64,000 nucleotides of DNA from Eledone cirrhosa (lineage: Eukaryota), in the NCBI GenBank assembly GCA_964016885.1, contig OZ024740.1:282534001-282598000 (forward strand), read 5' to 3'. The notes below the pieces were generated by a model. That model saw only the letters and a list, made by a program, of their open reading frames with translations, did not search any database and was not told the origin of the DNA. Shown in pieces: positions 1 to 15,089 of the stretch. Position 1 is the first letter of the stretch. Each line of letters opens with the position of its first letter. Position numbers and translations under genes: made by a program.

Positions 1-45
1 GCCCGGTCCAGGAATTGCGAATCCAAATCTCTTACCACATGCGCC

Positions 46-48
<3 letters not shown>
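1..48 (-). mobile_element. Truncated head of a tRNA-derived SINE
   Basis: Similar to the SINE head at 10840-10946 (ttgcgaatccaa..ctcttacca..gccttca). Confidence 0.5.
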
Positions 49-107
<59 letters not shown>

Positions 108-167
108 TATATATATATATAAAAGAAAATTTCGCTTCGAGCATAGCTTTATAAAAACTTCCATACG

Positions 168-224
<57 letters not shown>

Positions 225-305
225 ATGTCTACATACTTACATATACATGTGCATACTTACATTTACGTATCAGACGTGCTAGGGTGAAAAATAGAATTCT
301 AATAT

Positions 306-365
<60 letters not shown>

Positions 366-378
366 AACACACACATAG

Positions 379-432
<54 letters not shown>

Positions 433-2879
433 CTTACTTGCGTACTATCATGAGTATAGTCCTCTTCTGGTCTGATTGGTACAATAATTCAATGTATTCG
501 AACAACATGTTTTCTTACAAAGGTAGTGAAATACAGGTTTAAAGATGAAGGATAAGTCATGCATAAAAAAACCCAACACGTCTCAAATTACACAACTCTC
601 ACCAAGGTTTACATAAAATATATTGTAGGACAAGTATTATACAGATGTTTGTGCTTTTCAAGTTAAATTGAGTAATTACTGTGTTGTAGAGAATGATGTT
701 ATACATAATATCATATTCATAAAAATTAATGGCGTAATGCATGCGTGGTAAAGAGTAGTTTTATACATTTGTTCGAGAATTAATGTTCCTCTTAGTGTTA
801 ACATGCAGCATGAAAGGAGACATTTTGCCGATGAAAATTCGGACAATAAATAAATATACCTCGTTATCATCTAGTGAAACAGAAATAAGTGCGAAAAAAT
901 TTATATTTCATTCAGCTTATATAGAATGTTGTTATTTAAGGTAATTGAAAATATGAGTGGGCAAACGGTCGATTCTGTTCTGTTTGCTATTTTACCTATG
1001 TCTCAATTAGAAAGAGAGCAGGTCTAAACAGCTCACTTATTTTTGCCTAGTGAAGAATAAAGATTCTTTAGATTTATTTAATAAAATCTCGGAAATCCCA
1101 AAACGTCTCTATTACAAGAAGAGTTGCCACAGTTTTCTCATCAGGAATACAATGTTTAATATACTCCAAAATATTCCCCAAATGTGGTGTATTTACTGAA
1201 ACAATTAAAATAATTATTATGCGATTATTGTCTTTTTCTCACCACATAATTACTTTGAATTAGATTTTTCATGCGAACTTCCCTGACGTAAGTAATGCTT
1301 ATCATGCGGAAGACATTTATGAGTAATTAACAACAGTTTTTATTTTAACTTTTAAATTGCTATGACTGTCTTGTGGCAACAGTAACCGATGCTGCTATTA
1401 CTGCTGCTGCTGCATTTTTGTTTTGTTGTTTCTGCTACAAAATTGTTTTCGTACTTGGGCATAAGGCCAGGACTTTATTATATAGAAAAACAACTATGTG
1501 TAATTGCCACAACTTTCAAAAACAAATAGCAGCGGGACATCTTTTAAAGTTATGTAAGAGTTTTTACCAGCTTTTACTTAAAGCTTATTTGCAAAGATTT
1601 GTGGTTTTGTACGAGAAAGTATAGCAAAGTCATGATTATCGCTGTTATGTTTACCCTCAAGTCTTCCCCACTCTAGCATATCAACGTAAATCTAGCTGTG
1701 AGAATTCCGCCCATTTTCAGAGTGTGTACATCTATATTATTTAATATTTTATTGTCTTACTTAAGAAAATAGGCAGTGATTTGAAAGGGGTTAGCGCATA
1801 TGCTTGGTAATGTGTATGCTTCCTGCTTGCTAGATGCTGGATTGTATAATTTTGTTTGCAGATTTTGTTGCTAATGTTGCATCAGTTTTGCTGCATTGAT
1901 ATTATTGTATTTGTTAGCACATCGAACAAAATGCATTAAGGTATTTAATTTCGAACATTTAGGCTCTGTATTTATGTCTCACCGAGATAACGTTGCTGTT
2001 GCTCATTTCTATGTAGATAAAATAAAGCACTATAAGATAACGGAAATGGGAGGAATCATAATTGACTGTACCTCACTAACATTTTGAGGCTTTTTGTTCA
2101 TGTTAAAAAAATTATTATTGCATTTGAAAATATCTCAAGAATTAAGAATGTTAATGTTATAATACAGAAAGTATATATTGTTTTACACCTTTCACATTCA
2201 TCGTTTTGCGGTTCAAATTTCCAAAGATAAGAATTTTAGTTTATTTAAATTGAATATCCTCACATTTTGGCAGCCGGTTTAACCATAAAAAGGAACTTTA
2301 AGAAATATGAACTCTATTATTTTAAAAGAAAACACCATAACAGTTTCTGAAGAGACGCAACACCCGGGATTCGCAGGCAAAGAAAAATAAGATTTCTTCT
2401 TCAAGGGTATTTACATAAATGAAATGGTTTGACTTCAGCCTAGAATATAATCCGACTTACATATCCAAGTGTGTATATTTTGTGAAAGTTTACAATTTCT
2501 AGAACTTTAAATATCTTAATAGAAAGTATTTTATCGACTCCATGAGGTAAATCCAGTATGAATTAGGCTAAAAATACTAGGTCCAAATGTCATATTCTAT
2601 ATTACTTAATGCCATTACAAAAGTAAAAAATGCAAGATGGCATCAAACAGATTGAAAAATCGTTATAATTTCAGCTCGGTGGTCAGATTTAGCTCTATGA
2701 TACAAGTAGTAATTTAATCTTATTTCATAAGGACGCTTTTTGTAAGGACGTATAATTGAATGATTCTACGTCAGTATTTCCCTGTTGCTGAGGATTCCTT
2801 TTTAATTAATTTCTGGATCTAAGCTCAATTTTGTTACCAACATCAAGATCACGGCTGGTCAAGCTATGGCCAGAAACAA

Positions 2880-3052
2880 AAAAGCAGTCATACCACATCT
2901 CATCAAAAAATTCCGTGGTTGTGGTATTGTAGATTTGGATGGAAGGTAGAAACTCCACTATTTAGGTGTGACGCCCGAAATCACAGCATAGGTGGGAGCC
3001 GGCATACTCACAAGCTTCCGACTGTCAGAATATGTTCTGAATTGGATTTCAT

Positions 3053-3137
<85 letters not shown>

Positions 3138-5125
3138 AATTGCCTCTTGAATTTGTGGTCGAAAGAAAGGTCTCTGTGGGTGGCACAAATTTATGCACCA
3201 AACAGAGAGTTCGAATATACACCTTTCCTTGATGAAGTCCATGCAACGTTAGATGCAGGTAAGACTGAGGTATATGCCCTCATGGGAGACTTCAATGCAC
3301 ATGTTGGCACTGACAACCTGACACAGAAAAGAAAGATTGGAAGGAACGGTAATCCCGATCTAAATGCAAACGGATCTAATGGGCTCTCTATCATAAACAC
3401 TTTCTTCCAGCATAAAAACATTCATAAATGCACATGGCACAAAGGGAATCGGGTACAGAGATCAATAATTGATTTTGTTATTGTTTCTGATATCTTCGAT
3501 TCTGTTCTCGATGTTCGTGTTAAGTGAGTGGTTGAGCTGTCAGCTGATTACCATCTAGTTATTTGCAAACTAAAATACCTAAGGCCAAAGAAGCCCACAA
3601 AACTAGCAGGTTCAGGTCCACCTATAGAATAAAGTAGGAGGCGTTGGTGGATAAGGAAGTCATGATGAGGTATGTATATATTATGCATCCAAATTCAGAG
3701 ATTCTGATTAAACTGAGAACGTTGAAACGGAGTGAAGATTGTTCAGCTCAGTATTTTTCGCTTCAGCCGTTAGATGGTGCGGCTTGTTGTGGATTGTGGC
3801 AAGAGGAGCCCTTGGTTCAATAAAGTACTAAAAAATGCCATACAAACAAAGAAGACGACTTCCAAAGCTTGGCATGCAAATAAGTCCTCCTTCGTGCATT
3901 TGCGGTAACAGCATGTGCAAATAGTCGCAGCAGAGACAATAGAGACGTCCAAAGTTTATACACTGAAGAAATTTGGGGTTAAGATTAAATCCGACTTCAG
4001 ATCAGCAAATAAAGTATTTTTGCAGACCAGCCACAAACTTCTTAGTAAGAAGTCCTCCTCCAGGCCTGCTATTAGGAACGTGTTTGTGGTTCTCCTCTCG
4101 TCGGAGAGATGCGTCCCAGCGAGGTGGAGAGAATACTTTGTTGGACTCCTAACCAGTCACAACAGCAACTTCAGAATGTACACGGAATGCATCTGTGAGC
4201 AATGGCTAATCTCTCGGAGGCTGAGATCACACTAGTAATTAAAGAGTTCAAATGTGGCAAGGCTTCTTCGCATGATGAAATTCTGATCGAGATGTTAAAA
4301 GCCTTAAATTGAGAAGGTATTCAATGGTTGACTCGTTTATACCAGGTCACTTGAATCTCTGGCAAGGCACCTAAGCAATGGTAATCGGGAGTGATGATCT
4401 CAATTTTCAAAAGGACAGAGAAGACAGATTTCTCTAATTATAGAGGGATCTCCTTCTAAAGTCTATCTTAAGTGCTTGGCAAAGAGATGTAGGAATATTG
4501 TCAAGTCTACGCTAGCTGTCGGACAGTATGGTTATCTCCCCGGAGGCAGCACAGGTTACCAAATATCCACACAGCAACAAGTCTTTGAGAAATCGTGAGA
4601 GTATTCTCAAGAGTTGTATGCTTGTTTCGTAGACGTAGAAAACGTATATGACTCCGCTTCATGGGAGCTGCTGAGGGAGATTCTGTCGGAGAATTGGATC
4701 GATGGACAGTTTTTTTTTTGTAGCCTTGATGGTTCTATATGAATGTGGTAGTATTTGTGTTCGGATAAATGGTGCTAAGTGAAAACCATACAATGAGGGC
4801 ATCGGAATCTGTTAAGGTTGCATGCTGTCACCTCTCCTGTTCATTATCTTTATGGACTGTACCCACGTGCAGAGCCGATTTAGAAATGGTATCACGATTA
4901 GCAAATGTAATCGGCTGGAATTTTCGATCGACATCGTAATACTTAACTCGACAGAACGTGATCTCCGACTTGCACTTGATAAATCTGCTCCTGTATACTG
5001 CACAACCGGAATGTAAATCAGTGCTGCGGAGCCTAAAACACTCATTCTCTCAAGGAAGCATGCACAGTGCACTCAACATAAGAGTGGGTCCCACTGAAGC
5101 AGGTGAATAATTTCAAGCAGCTCTT
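2880..5125 (+). mobile_element. Decayed RTE-clade LINE (APE endonuclease + RT), interrupted by (GA)n at ~3056-3136
   Basis: APE motifs IYAP, LMGDFNAHVG, INTFFQHK, SIIDFVIVS; RT motif LSPLLFIIFMD; many stops and frameshifts. Confidence 0.9.
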
Positions 5126-5189
5126 GTCTTGAAGAAGAAGAAGAAGAAGAAGAAGAAGCTAACCAAAAAGAAATTTATATTCATTCGTG

Positions 5190-5700
5190 TTTTTGATTGG
5201 ATACAAAAGACCATATCGTTTTACGGAAATAGCATATATGACATTTGACATTTGCAGCGTTATCTAATTAATATTGCATGAACTTTACAGCAGTCGCCTC
5301 CATTCAAACCAATAGGTCTAGGCCACATGCAATGATTCAAAACTTTACTGAAAGAAGTTTCTCGTTACCGTTTCCCTGACTTTAGAGCGCTTTCATTCAT
5401 CACAGCATATTTACAGCAGTCCATGCAACTATAGTACTTAGATATAGGTGTAATTGGTTGTTGAGTTTAAAATATATTTGGTCATGAAACATCACAACTG
5501 TAGCGACGACATACGAACTACTGAATACATGTCTCAATTCCTGGTCTGCTCTCCACTCGGATATCAACCTCTTCTCTAATATATGCCTGGTATATAATAA
5601 CGTTATTTATTTTTTGACAGGATTCACACCAATGTTTGCGGGGAAAAATATAGTCAACTAAATTCACAGGAGTGTTACTTAAGCACCACAGGATAAAATG
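5190..5700 (-). mobile_element. Highly degraded Penelope-like GIY-YIG endonuclease remnant
   Basis: CESCQ..NVIIYQAYI followed by RRYS..ISKY and KCHICYFRKTI, collinear with the PLE Cys-linker/EN pattern. Confidence 0.4.
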
Positions 5701-7879
5701 CAAAGTTGGAAGATATAGCATGAAACTAAATACTGTAAATCTCTAATCCAATGCCCGTCTATTTATGATATTTTGTTGTCAAAAAGTATATTAAGGCAAA
5801 CTTCTTACTACTACAATTCTATAATTATAACTTTGAAATACAATACAATGCTTCTCTTATAAAATTAATATGTACGTAAATATTTAAATGTTTTAGAGAT
5901 GACATGTTGTGTTCTGTAATAATGGTATGTAGTATGCAAACATATGAATAGAATATTAAATAGATCGCAGTGAAATATTTCCTCTATACAATAAGCTTAA
6001 GATGGTTTCAGTTTTCTGTATATTTACCAATCGAGAAATTGTGTAAATATCAAAGACACGAGAGAAAGTATGAGATAACATTTCAAAAGTCATTTGGTTG
6101 AAAACTAACGTACTGTTAGGATCATATAAATGGAATATTTGTCAAGAAACTCTGATATATTTATGTAGACGTATCATCATTACCATATATACATAAGAGG
6201 TTTTTTTTTTCTCTTTTTGTTAGCTTATATGTTAAAAATGAAACTGGAATGCGATTTTTATTAGCAAAACATTCCAACTAAAAACTATACTTAGCAAATT
6301 TAGTTTTCCTTTTAAATTCATGTTTTTTTTCACTTTAAGATATCATATTTGTCACTTGCAATAAATTCAATTCAAAACCATCGTTTAGAAGTTACATTAA
6401 AATTTGAAATATATGTAATTAAATGGAAATAGCATGCTTTAAGGAACTATATGTTGATAATTATCTAAATACATCTGATCTATTTTGATTTCATACGAGA
6501 AAAAAATTCAAAAGTCTAACACAATTTCTAGTGATTCAGGTCAACAGAAAGAAATACAAAGCTACCAACTATAAGTAGGTCATTTAGGTTTTACTCCAAA
6601 AAGTTATGTCAGTATATCCTATTTCCCACCAAATATGTCCAGACTTTGGACTTAGATAAGCGGAAATGTTACTGGTTACAGTTAATAATTAGTATCATGT
6701 GGGAGTCAAATGCTAAAAAAGAAGTTATATAATAATTTTAAATGGTTATAACATAGCAATACTATACAAAACTTAGTGATATGCTGCCTGTTGATTTTGA
6801 AGCTTATTTCAGTGTGTTGTGTCAGACAAGTGGATCTAAAACCATCTGCCTTATGGAGGAATTTATGAAATACCCAACTAATTTCCTTCCATTGTGGCTG
6901 GCGCGTGTTCAATTTATTTTAAGCAATGATGAAAAAATATGAATCCGAGCTAAGTTGAATTAGTAAATTATTTCCCATCCCTGATCCTGTTAAATACACA
7001 AAATATCCGTGTTACCTGAAAAAGTTAACGTGGTGGTAAATGCGCAAGCATGTACTGTGACGTGTAGGTCTATACGAGACAATCTTCACTTCATAAGCTC
7101 CAACGAAAGGGATAGCGGTTAATCCTAGTTTTCACGAACAATCTTGTTACACGATGCATGCGTTAGGTTACCATGCTGACATGCATTAATATTCTGCCAC
7201 TTTCAAAGATACATAAATTTAAACATGATGTAAATATTTGTGCAATGCCTGACCTGCAGTCCTATCTTAAACGAAAATAGAAAATCATTTTGCATTGAGA
7301 CGCTATTCATTTTTGCTAATCTAAAACAGACGTGTATCTATATAGTAAATTAGGAAGGGAGGGTGGGAAGTATTTAGTCTGCACCATGGAATTTATTAGA
7401 GATGATATATTTAACAATAATAATGCTTGCATTTTAACATAACATGCTTGAAATAAGATCTTTAGTAGTTAGAAATAAATTGCGCTTGCTAATGAATTCA
7501 AAACAACTAATAATATTCGGAGAAAGAAAGCGGGCTGAGATGGTAGAAGAAACATTTAGAGACGTACTATCGAATGTAATTATAGCAAAACAGTCTCTAG
7601 GCAACGTTTTCCACGCTGATCGCAAAGCTGAAATACTTGCACTGAAGTACGAGCGAAATATGATCAAATAATTCTAAGAGAAATATGATCAAATAATTTT
7701 AGTTGTGAATTGTTTTAAGATTTAATCAGTGAAGGAGGACACACCCGTGACTCTTTTTGTGTGCTGTCCAAAACTGATGAAAATGAAATAAAATTCAACC
7801 CCGTTAAAGGTATTGAAAGAGTCATGTGCAATTAAACTGCGTGACAGATTAAGTCCTGCTCCCCAAAACCTGATACAGG

Positions 7880-8045
7880 CCATCCAATAGATTTCCTCAG
7901 ATTTCTTCTACCTAATTTCACTGACAATGCTTGAGTGGACACAGGACTATGGAAGTCAAACCTTGCCCTCACTGAATTGTAGAGGTATCGAACCCGGAAC
8001 CATGTGCTTGCAAAGGTAGGTTCTTCACAACAAAGCCATATCTGT
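7880..8045 (-). mobile_element. Degenerate tRNA-derived SINE
   Basis: B-box-like ggttcgatacc on the minus strand with a tRNA-like head. Confidence 0.45.
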
Positions 8046-8332
8046 GCTTTACATCAGAGATATTTGGCTGCTATTTCTACCAAGCTGCGCTGTCACGTAA
8101 AGTTTCCCTATGGATGTGATTAGATGTGCAAGATATAATTATTCGCTAGCATTTTATTGTTGGAGAGAGCTACCTGTTGGTAACAGTTTACTATCAGTGA
8201 CATCTCTAAACATGGAAGTTTGTTTAAATGTCCAAAGATATACTAAAGTGCTTGGAGTTGCCGTAGGATATTACAAAAAACGCATGCTGACTGTATCAGA
8301 TACTATTTGAAACTATTATTAAACATGAGCTA

Positions 8333-8555
8333 GGCGGTGGATTGGCAGTATCGGTAGAGGGTCGGACGCCATGCTTTGATGCATAGAGTAACGGCCCTTT
8401 ATATTCTGAGTTAAAATCCCGCCGAGGTTAACTTTGCCTTTCGTCCTTATCGGGTCGATAAAATAAAGCACCAGTAATGCAATGGGGGTCGATTTAATAG
8501 ACTTTCCCCTCATCTTCAAATTGTTGGCCTTGTGTCTCAAGTAGAAACAATTATT
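8333..8555 (+). mobile_element. Full-length copy of the dominant tRNA-derived SINE
   Basis: A box tggcagtatcgg, B box gagttaaaatccc, central gcctttc.tcctt..gggtcgataaaataaag domain, tail ggccttgtg..gtagaaacaatt; more than 20 copies in the window. Confidence 0.9.
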
Positions 8556-10732
8556 TACAGATACACGAAGAGCCAGGGAATCCGCTTTGTCTTCTCTTTC
8601 TCAGAAGTTATAAGTGAGTATTCCTCCCCGCCCCCAAGCTAAAAGTACTATCACGTTATCCTGTTGCAATGGGGACCTAGTAGAAAACAAAAGGCAAATC
8701 CTATCAAAAATATGTAAAATACAAGAAGAGAACGACAATGACGACGACAACATGGAAATCACAATATTTTGTAAAAGCATCTCCTTCTCGAAAAACATAA
8801 TACCGAACTACTAATTAACAGACAAAGTAGGGCTGAAATACATGAGACACAAGCGATAGAACTTTGGCGAAAATAATACCAAAATATTATTGCATGCTGA
8901 AGTAAAAATACTTGTGGGATGGGAGATGTTTGCTTATTTATATATTTTGTTTCGTCTCACACTAAGGATGTTAATGGGCGTTTTTGCCTACACCAGATTC
9001 CATTATGAATAGTGGCAGGTGAACAGAGGCGTATTGTGCTCTAACATAACCTGGTTATTCACTCACTCGTGTTGGCTGAGTACTCGAAATGTCTCCTTTA
9101 TGTACATTTTTAAAATAGCATTTTCGTTTATATATTAATATAAATAAATTTGTTTGCTTTATGCAAATTTCTACCATATTTCTTTGTATACCGTCTCTCA
9201 GTCATTCTCCCTCTCGCTGCTGTACAACTTCGTCTTGATCACCCCCGCAAGGTTTTGTAATCCCAGCACGTTTTAACGTTCTATGTGTTATATATATGAA
9301 TGTATTGAGAGCAACCTTAATCAATAACATACAAAAAACTTCGTGCTAGTAAGAAGGACCAACAAAAAATTGATGGTCCTCATAGCATGAAGTGAAGAGA
9401 TCGAAAACGAAAGTTAAATTTTTGGCACCAGCACATTTAAAGTGCCTGAATCTCTCATGGTGGTACAGATGTCGCTGGTTGCCTAAAAAGGCATTAGGGA
9501 GAGCTTTCCATATGACATGGTGATCCTTCACCTTAGAGTCACTGTTAGGTTTTTGAAGGGGTTCCCAAAAGAAACCGCACCAAATATGGAAAGCCAACCA
9601 CCCGATCTCCAATAGCACCAAGCTAACATATATTCGTGAATGGTGAATAGATGTGGTTGTCTTTTATTAGGCACGTCTAACCATAGCTTGTCTCTTTGGC
9701 GGTGCTGCAGTCTTAGGTCAAGAGAAGACTAATACTGGGGGCTTGTCATCTGGAATGGTATCAGGCGCTCCCAGCCGTCTACCAAGCGGGCAATGCGATC
9801 AGTGGAAAATCCACGCCAACGTTCTGTAGTGGATTGTGGTGAGCATATGAATCGACGACGTTCTTGGTAGAACAGTAAGCGTTGATGAGAACGAACTTAC
9901 AAGTCTGCTCGGGAGTAATTTCTGTCCAGGGATTATGGACAATTTCCAGATATCATTGGCCCGGCAGTTCTACCAGGGGGCACTGACGGTTCGAGACACA
10001 CTCTACAGGCAAGGATCTGTCCGAGATGCATGTACAACGATGAAACCGTTCTGCACTCACTCGTTCAGTATCCGAGCATTGTTGACTTGAGGAGTTTTGA
10101 CGAACAGTTAATATTATGTATGAGACAGCCACCATGTTTTGGCCGGGAAAGACTGTTAGTTTTCCTTTGGTGGTGGCTGTAGCGCAAGATGTTGTGTGGC
10201 GGATGCTATGAAATACTGAAGATATACTCTTTCCTCTTCGGCCAAGCCCTCGTCGACTTTCTCTACATCCACTTCTAAAGAAAAGTGAGTATCAAGAGGA
10301 AAGCGCTGCCCCCCCCCCCCCCCAGTACAACAGCGAGGATGGCCTGAGTGAATGGCCTACTCTAATCAAGTACTTGTAGGCTGGGGTTTCAGATAGGAGA
10401 AGGAAACTGAAACTTTCCTACGGTTTTCTTGGCAATCAAGATTTTCCTAAATTATATCTGGGTGGTGCGCCCCTTTTCGCAGAATTCTGTTCCAACTTTC
10501 TTACAAGTTTCGTGTCTGTTTACTTGTATCAATATAAATCCCCACTGTCCCTATTCATTTTTATTGCCCATTTAGTTTCGGCCCTAGTGGTCAATAGATA
10601 AATAATTATCATTATTGTTGTTACCAGTTGTACAAATACGTTTGATGGAATAGTATGAGAGACTTCAAAAAGCGGTTGTTTAGTTAAAAAGATTTGATTT
10701 GAGAGAACCTGGGTTACGTCATTCACAAACAC

Positions 10733-10946
10733 ATCGACAGTCGATCCAATTTCGTCAAATTGGACCGAGGAAACAATGTTTCCGTTGGTCTTTCCAATTG
10801 CTAATACTATCTATCGGTCGCAGCTCCAGGTAAAAAGGAACAACGTGAAATAAAGTGTCTTGCTTAAGGACATAGCGCATAGGAATTGAACTCATAAGCT
10901 CACGATTGCGAATCCAATTCTCTTACCATTTGGCTACGTGCCTTCA
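10733..10946 (-). mobile_element. Second tRNA-derived SINE family plus an adjacent repeat segment
   Basis: Minus-strand tRNA head (tagccaaatggtaag..gagttcaattcc, caagacactttatttcacg); the 10733-10830 part recurs at ~15588, ~22725 and ~36500. Confidence 0.65.
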
Positions 10947-11007
10947 TAAACGCACATGCATACATGTATGTTGTATATATCTATATCTATATATATATAC
11001 ATAAATA

Positions 11008-11295
11008 AGGCGGCAAATTAGCAGAGTTTTAGAACGTCGAATAGAATGCCTTGTATTTGGTCTGGCTCTCTGTTCCCTGTGTTCAAATTCCGCTCAGGTC
11101 AACTTCGCCTTTCATCCATTCGAGGTCGATAAAAAAGTACTAGTCTTGTACTCGGATCAATTCTTACTCTTTATCTCTTTCACATCGCATCATTCTCACT
11201 TTCAATCCTTCTCTGGAAGAAATCTTTTGTAGTCAGGCCTAGAAAGGGATGGGCTCCACCTTGTGTAAAATATGCAAGAAACACCGTATTTCATC
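11008..11295 (+). mobile_element. Older subfamily copy of the dominant SINE
   Basis: ggcggcaaattagcag..gttcaaattccgc..cctttcatcc..gtcgataaaa. Confidence 0.75.
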
Positions 11296-12239
11296 GGAAG
11301 TTACGGGAGACGGGAGAAAGACGCACACACACACACAAATGTATATGGTTTTACTAACTTAGTCACTGGAGTGTGACGCAGCTGGTTTGAAAAGAGCTAT
11401 ATACAAACTAAGGTTTGTATAGGAGATCCTTTCATATTTTTAGTGCCGAAGCAACCAACCTTCAAGCATTGTCTATTGAAACTCAATCTATACTTATAAT
11501 TAAAGGAAACGGGTTTATTTGAGAAATCAAGTTTTTGTCTATGCTAGCTTTTACGTTCAGGAAAGAAGTGGAGGGCAGCAAACCAAATAATCATTCTGGT
11601 TCTGTTATTAGGGTGTGAATGTTGAGTAGTGGGATTGTAGAAAATATGTTTAAAGCCGTAATTAGCCAAGGCACTATTGTAGTAAATTACTGCCTTATCG
11701 AGGAGGATAGTTTGAAAATCCTCCTCCTTATGTTAATAGGTAGGGAGATCTTAAATGTTTATAAGTGGTTGTATATCTCTGTTCCTTTTTATGCTAACGG
11801 AATCGTTTGTATTTCTAAAATATTCTAGATTCAGTGCGACGACTAAAATGCCTATACAGTTAAGATTGGTACTGACAGCAAGTTTTAACCATGATTAAAT
11901 ACTGGAGTACGAAGATTTCTCTGGATCTATCTACAGTTAGGTAATGTTTAAGGCGTGATAGCACTAGACCGTCCCTTTGGTACAAACTAATGCTAAAATC
12001 CAGGAACTTACTCTTTAATTAATTTAACATATAGTGACCTTCTTGAAGGTCCTTGGATTTTTAGAATAATACATTAAGAGTGGCTTCACCTTCAGATCTC
12101 TTAAAGTAGTATTGCAGAAAATATGGTTAGCCTGTCCTTCATAGGCTTATGCTGATGTAGGCTCTCCTATGCTATCCCCTCCCCTAAAAAAAAAAACCCC
12201 CAATCCCATCTTAATTAAAAATCAGCGGATAATATAAAT

Positions 12240-12465
12240 TATCCGTGTTCACAAGCTTACAGAACTCAGCATAGTATTTATCTGGAGCGACTTTGAGCTG
12301 CTGGCTCTGTAATGCCTCACAACATAGTGAACGCCAAAACAGTTTTCAAAAAAATTAGATCCAGCATTTTCTGGCTTTGAATTCTACTGGTTTTACACTA
12401 ACATCAGTTGTTATACCAGGAGCAAGCTGCTCCTTTAGAGTCTCAGGTCTCTCACAAATAAATGA
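12240..12465 (+). mobile_element. Possible CR1/L2 LINE 3' end remnant
   Basis: Translates to PHNIVNAKTVF..KLD, like the CR1/L2 C-terminus, then a short hairpin and A-rich tail. Confidence 0.35.
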
Positions 12466-13991
12466 TTCACACACGGAATTACCAGGTTATTGATACGCTT
12501 TGATCTACAATAAGAAATTTTCCATCACATTGGTTTATGAGACACGAGTATCGTTGAAGCTGCACTTAACATTAGCCAACGTCGCACTATTTCGCACATA
12601 CTCGTACATTCTTTTCGGAATGGTACAAATTGACAATTTGGTCACTCCATACTTAAACTGATACCTCTCCCTCCCTTTGAAATGAGGTTTTTTCGTAATT
12701 TCTACAGTAATATTCTTTCGTGCGAGCTTTGCTGTTGGCATGTTAAATACTTTTACTTTTAACAAATTCAAACACAAATTTTCTATAAAACTAAATACAT
12801 ACTTCAAATGATTTTACTGATTCAAATGAAAATTAAAAAGCAAAATTACGCTGTAAATTTGAAAGAACACGTGTGGTGGCGGAAAACCCCCTCACGACAA
12901 CTTTCAAGTAATCATTTTGATAACATCCTGTCCGCCTTACTCGACAGATACTATTAAAAGAAGAGTGTGAATAATATAACATTTCAAAGACCACACGCAA
13001 TATGCGTAGGTGGGCCCAGGCTACCTCTTGTTACATTAGTTGTAATTTTTATATGGAAATCATCCGTTGACATTCATTACCAAGATTTTCGTTACAAAAG
13101 GGTAAACTCTCCCACTCCCCGCTCTCCTTCTCTCTCTCTCTTTCATTCGCTGTCTCAGTATGTATGTATGTGTGGGTGTGTGTATGTATGTATGTATGTG
13201 TGTGTGTTTGTATGTGTATGTATGTCGTATTTTTTGAAGAGCGAGATACTCCTAGTCTTCATTAGGACATCTCTCTAGCAGAAGGACACTCCGACATAAA
13301 ACTTGTGACTTCGTTTGCATCCAATGATGTAGAGCTGAACTACTTTTTGTGTAAATGCATTCAATGTTCAGAGAGTGGGACTGGCACCATGCAAAGCCTT
13401 TCCTCACTTAAAAAAACTTCAAGAACAGGCATCGCTTGATATGTAAGATTTTTTTGCGATGCATGGCATTGCTGGACATATGCAAGTCCATAGCAGGACT
13501 AAAAAGCCATCCATGATACTTAAGTATCAAGCGAAGGCATTACTCGAAATCGAGTTGCATGCAACTCGAAATCGATTTGCATAATAAACATATATAAGTC
13601 TCGCTATGCGTATTTTAAGCTGTTTTCATGTCACCGCTACCTCAGTAGAGAACACCAGACAATAGTTTCTAGGGAAATTTTCGATTATCAGTAACGTTTA
13701 ATCACTCGGTAGCTATAGCTCCTATACTGGGGGAAATGCTCAATTATATTTAGTAGGATCTTAACTGGCTAAAATTAATTACCATATACATAATAGAGAT
13801 GTGAAATCCTGCATGCGTTTCAACTCTTCTCATTGACAACTGCATTGTTTCATTCCAGGGACTATGTTGAAAAATAAACCACATTTGGTAATTCCTTGAG
13901 ACTATCTTGGTCAACCCATGAACCTTTCAGCCTATGAACATTTCAGCCGAACCTCATATTTAAAGACATATATATGATTATATATAATTTA

Positions 13992-14450
13992 GGGCGGCGA
14001 ATTGGCAGGGTTGTAATAACGTCGGATAGAATGCTTTATGGCAGGCATGTTAAACTGAAGGTCCCCCGAGGGCCACATGTGTCACATATGTGTTGTCTGA
14101 GCGCCACACATGACAACTAATTGTTCACATTACAAATAATTTTCATTATTTTATATTACGAAGATAAAGCATGTTCGCGCTGTAAAAACCTTTGAGCGGG
14201 CCGCAGGTGTCCTTGTAAAGGGGCGCATGTTTGGCATGCCTGCCTTATGGTATTCATTGTCTCTCTTCGCTTTGAGTTCAAATCCCACCGAGATCAACTT
14301 TGCCTTTCATCCGTTGGAGGTTGATAAAAAAAAGTACCACTCAAGTACTGGGTTGGTTTCTTTCTCTCTATGGAAGAAATCTGCTGTACTCAGGCCTGAA
14401 GTAGGATGGGCCCACCAGGCTTAAAATGCCCAAGAAACACCGTATGTCGC
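13992..14450 (+). mobile_element. SINE interrupted by a hAT MITE
   Basis: SINE head at 13992-14041 resumes at 14243. Confidence 0.75.
14042..14242. mobile_element. hAT (Charlie-like) MITE
   Basis: TIR caggcatg/catgcctg; 8-bp TSD ctttatgg/ccttatgg with one mismatch. Confidence 0.85.
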
Positions 14451-15089
14451 CCCTACGACATAAATATATAATTAACATATAAGAGACACAGCATGGATGT
14501 TTAAGCTGTGATCATGTGACTGCTAGTTCAGTAGTAAATACCAAGTGAGTAAATGTCACTGATGACGGATAAAACGTTGTGAAACTCAATTGTCTGGTGC
14601 GGCCACATTGCTACTAAGGTAGCTGTGATGTTATTTCTCAGCTTAAAACACTCAGTGTGTGACATATATATGTCTATCCTACATAAACATGCCGAATATA
14701 TTTCCATAAAAACCTTTATTATGAACCACACAAATATATATATATATATATATATTAGCTTCAGCTAATATATATATGTATATACATAGTAGTAATAATA
14801 AATTTGAAGACTAAAATCCAAAGAGGGCTCGATAAGGATAAATATATATCAAATATATAAGAACCGTAGAACAAATATTTATTAAAATAACAGATTAAAG
14901 TTTAAGCAAAGAATCATCTGAAACAGTTTAATAAATATGTATATACATATATATATATATATATATGTGTGGAGGGAGGGGGGTGAATATGTATGTATAT
15001 ATTGGCTACTCATATGTTTGTTGTATATAAACGTAAAATATATATAAATACAAGATTTCATATACGCCTCTATTACCTATATATCTAAA

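Noticed and set aside
8333-8430. tRNA genes at A/B-box sequences
   Set aside because: No cloverleaf; these are SINE heads.
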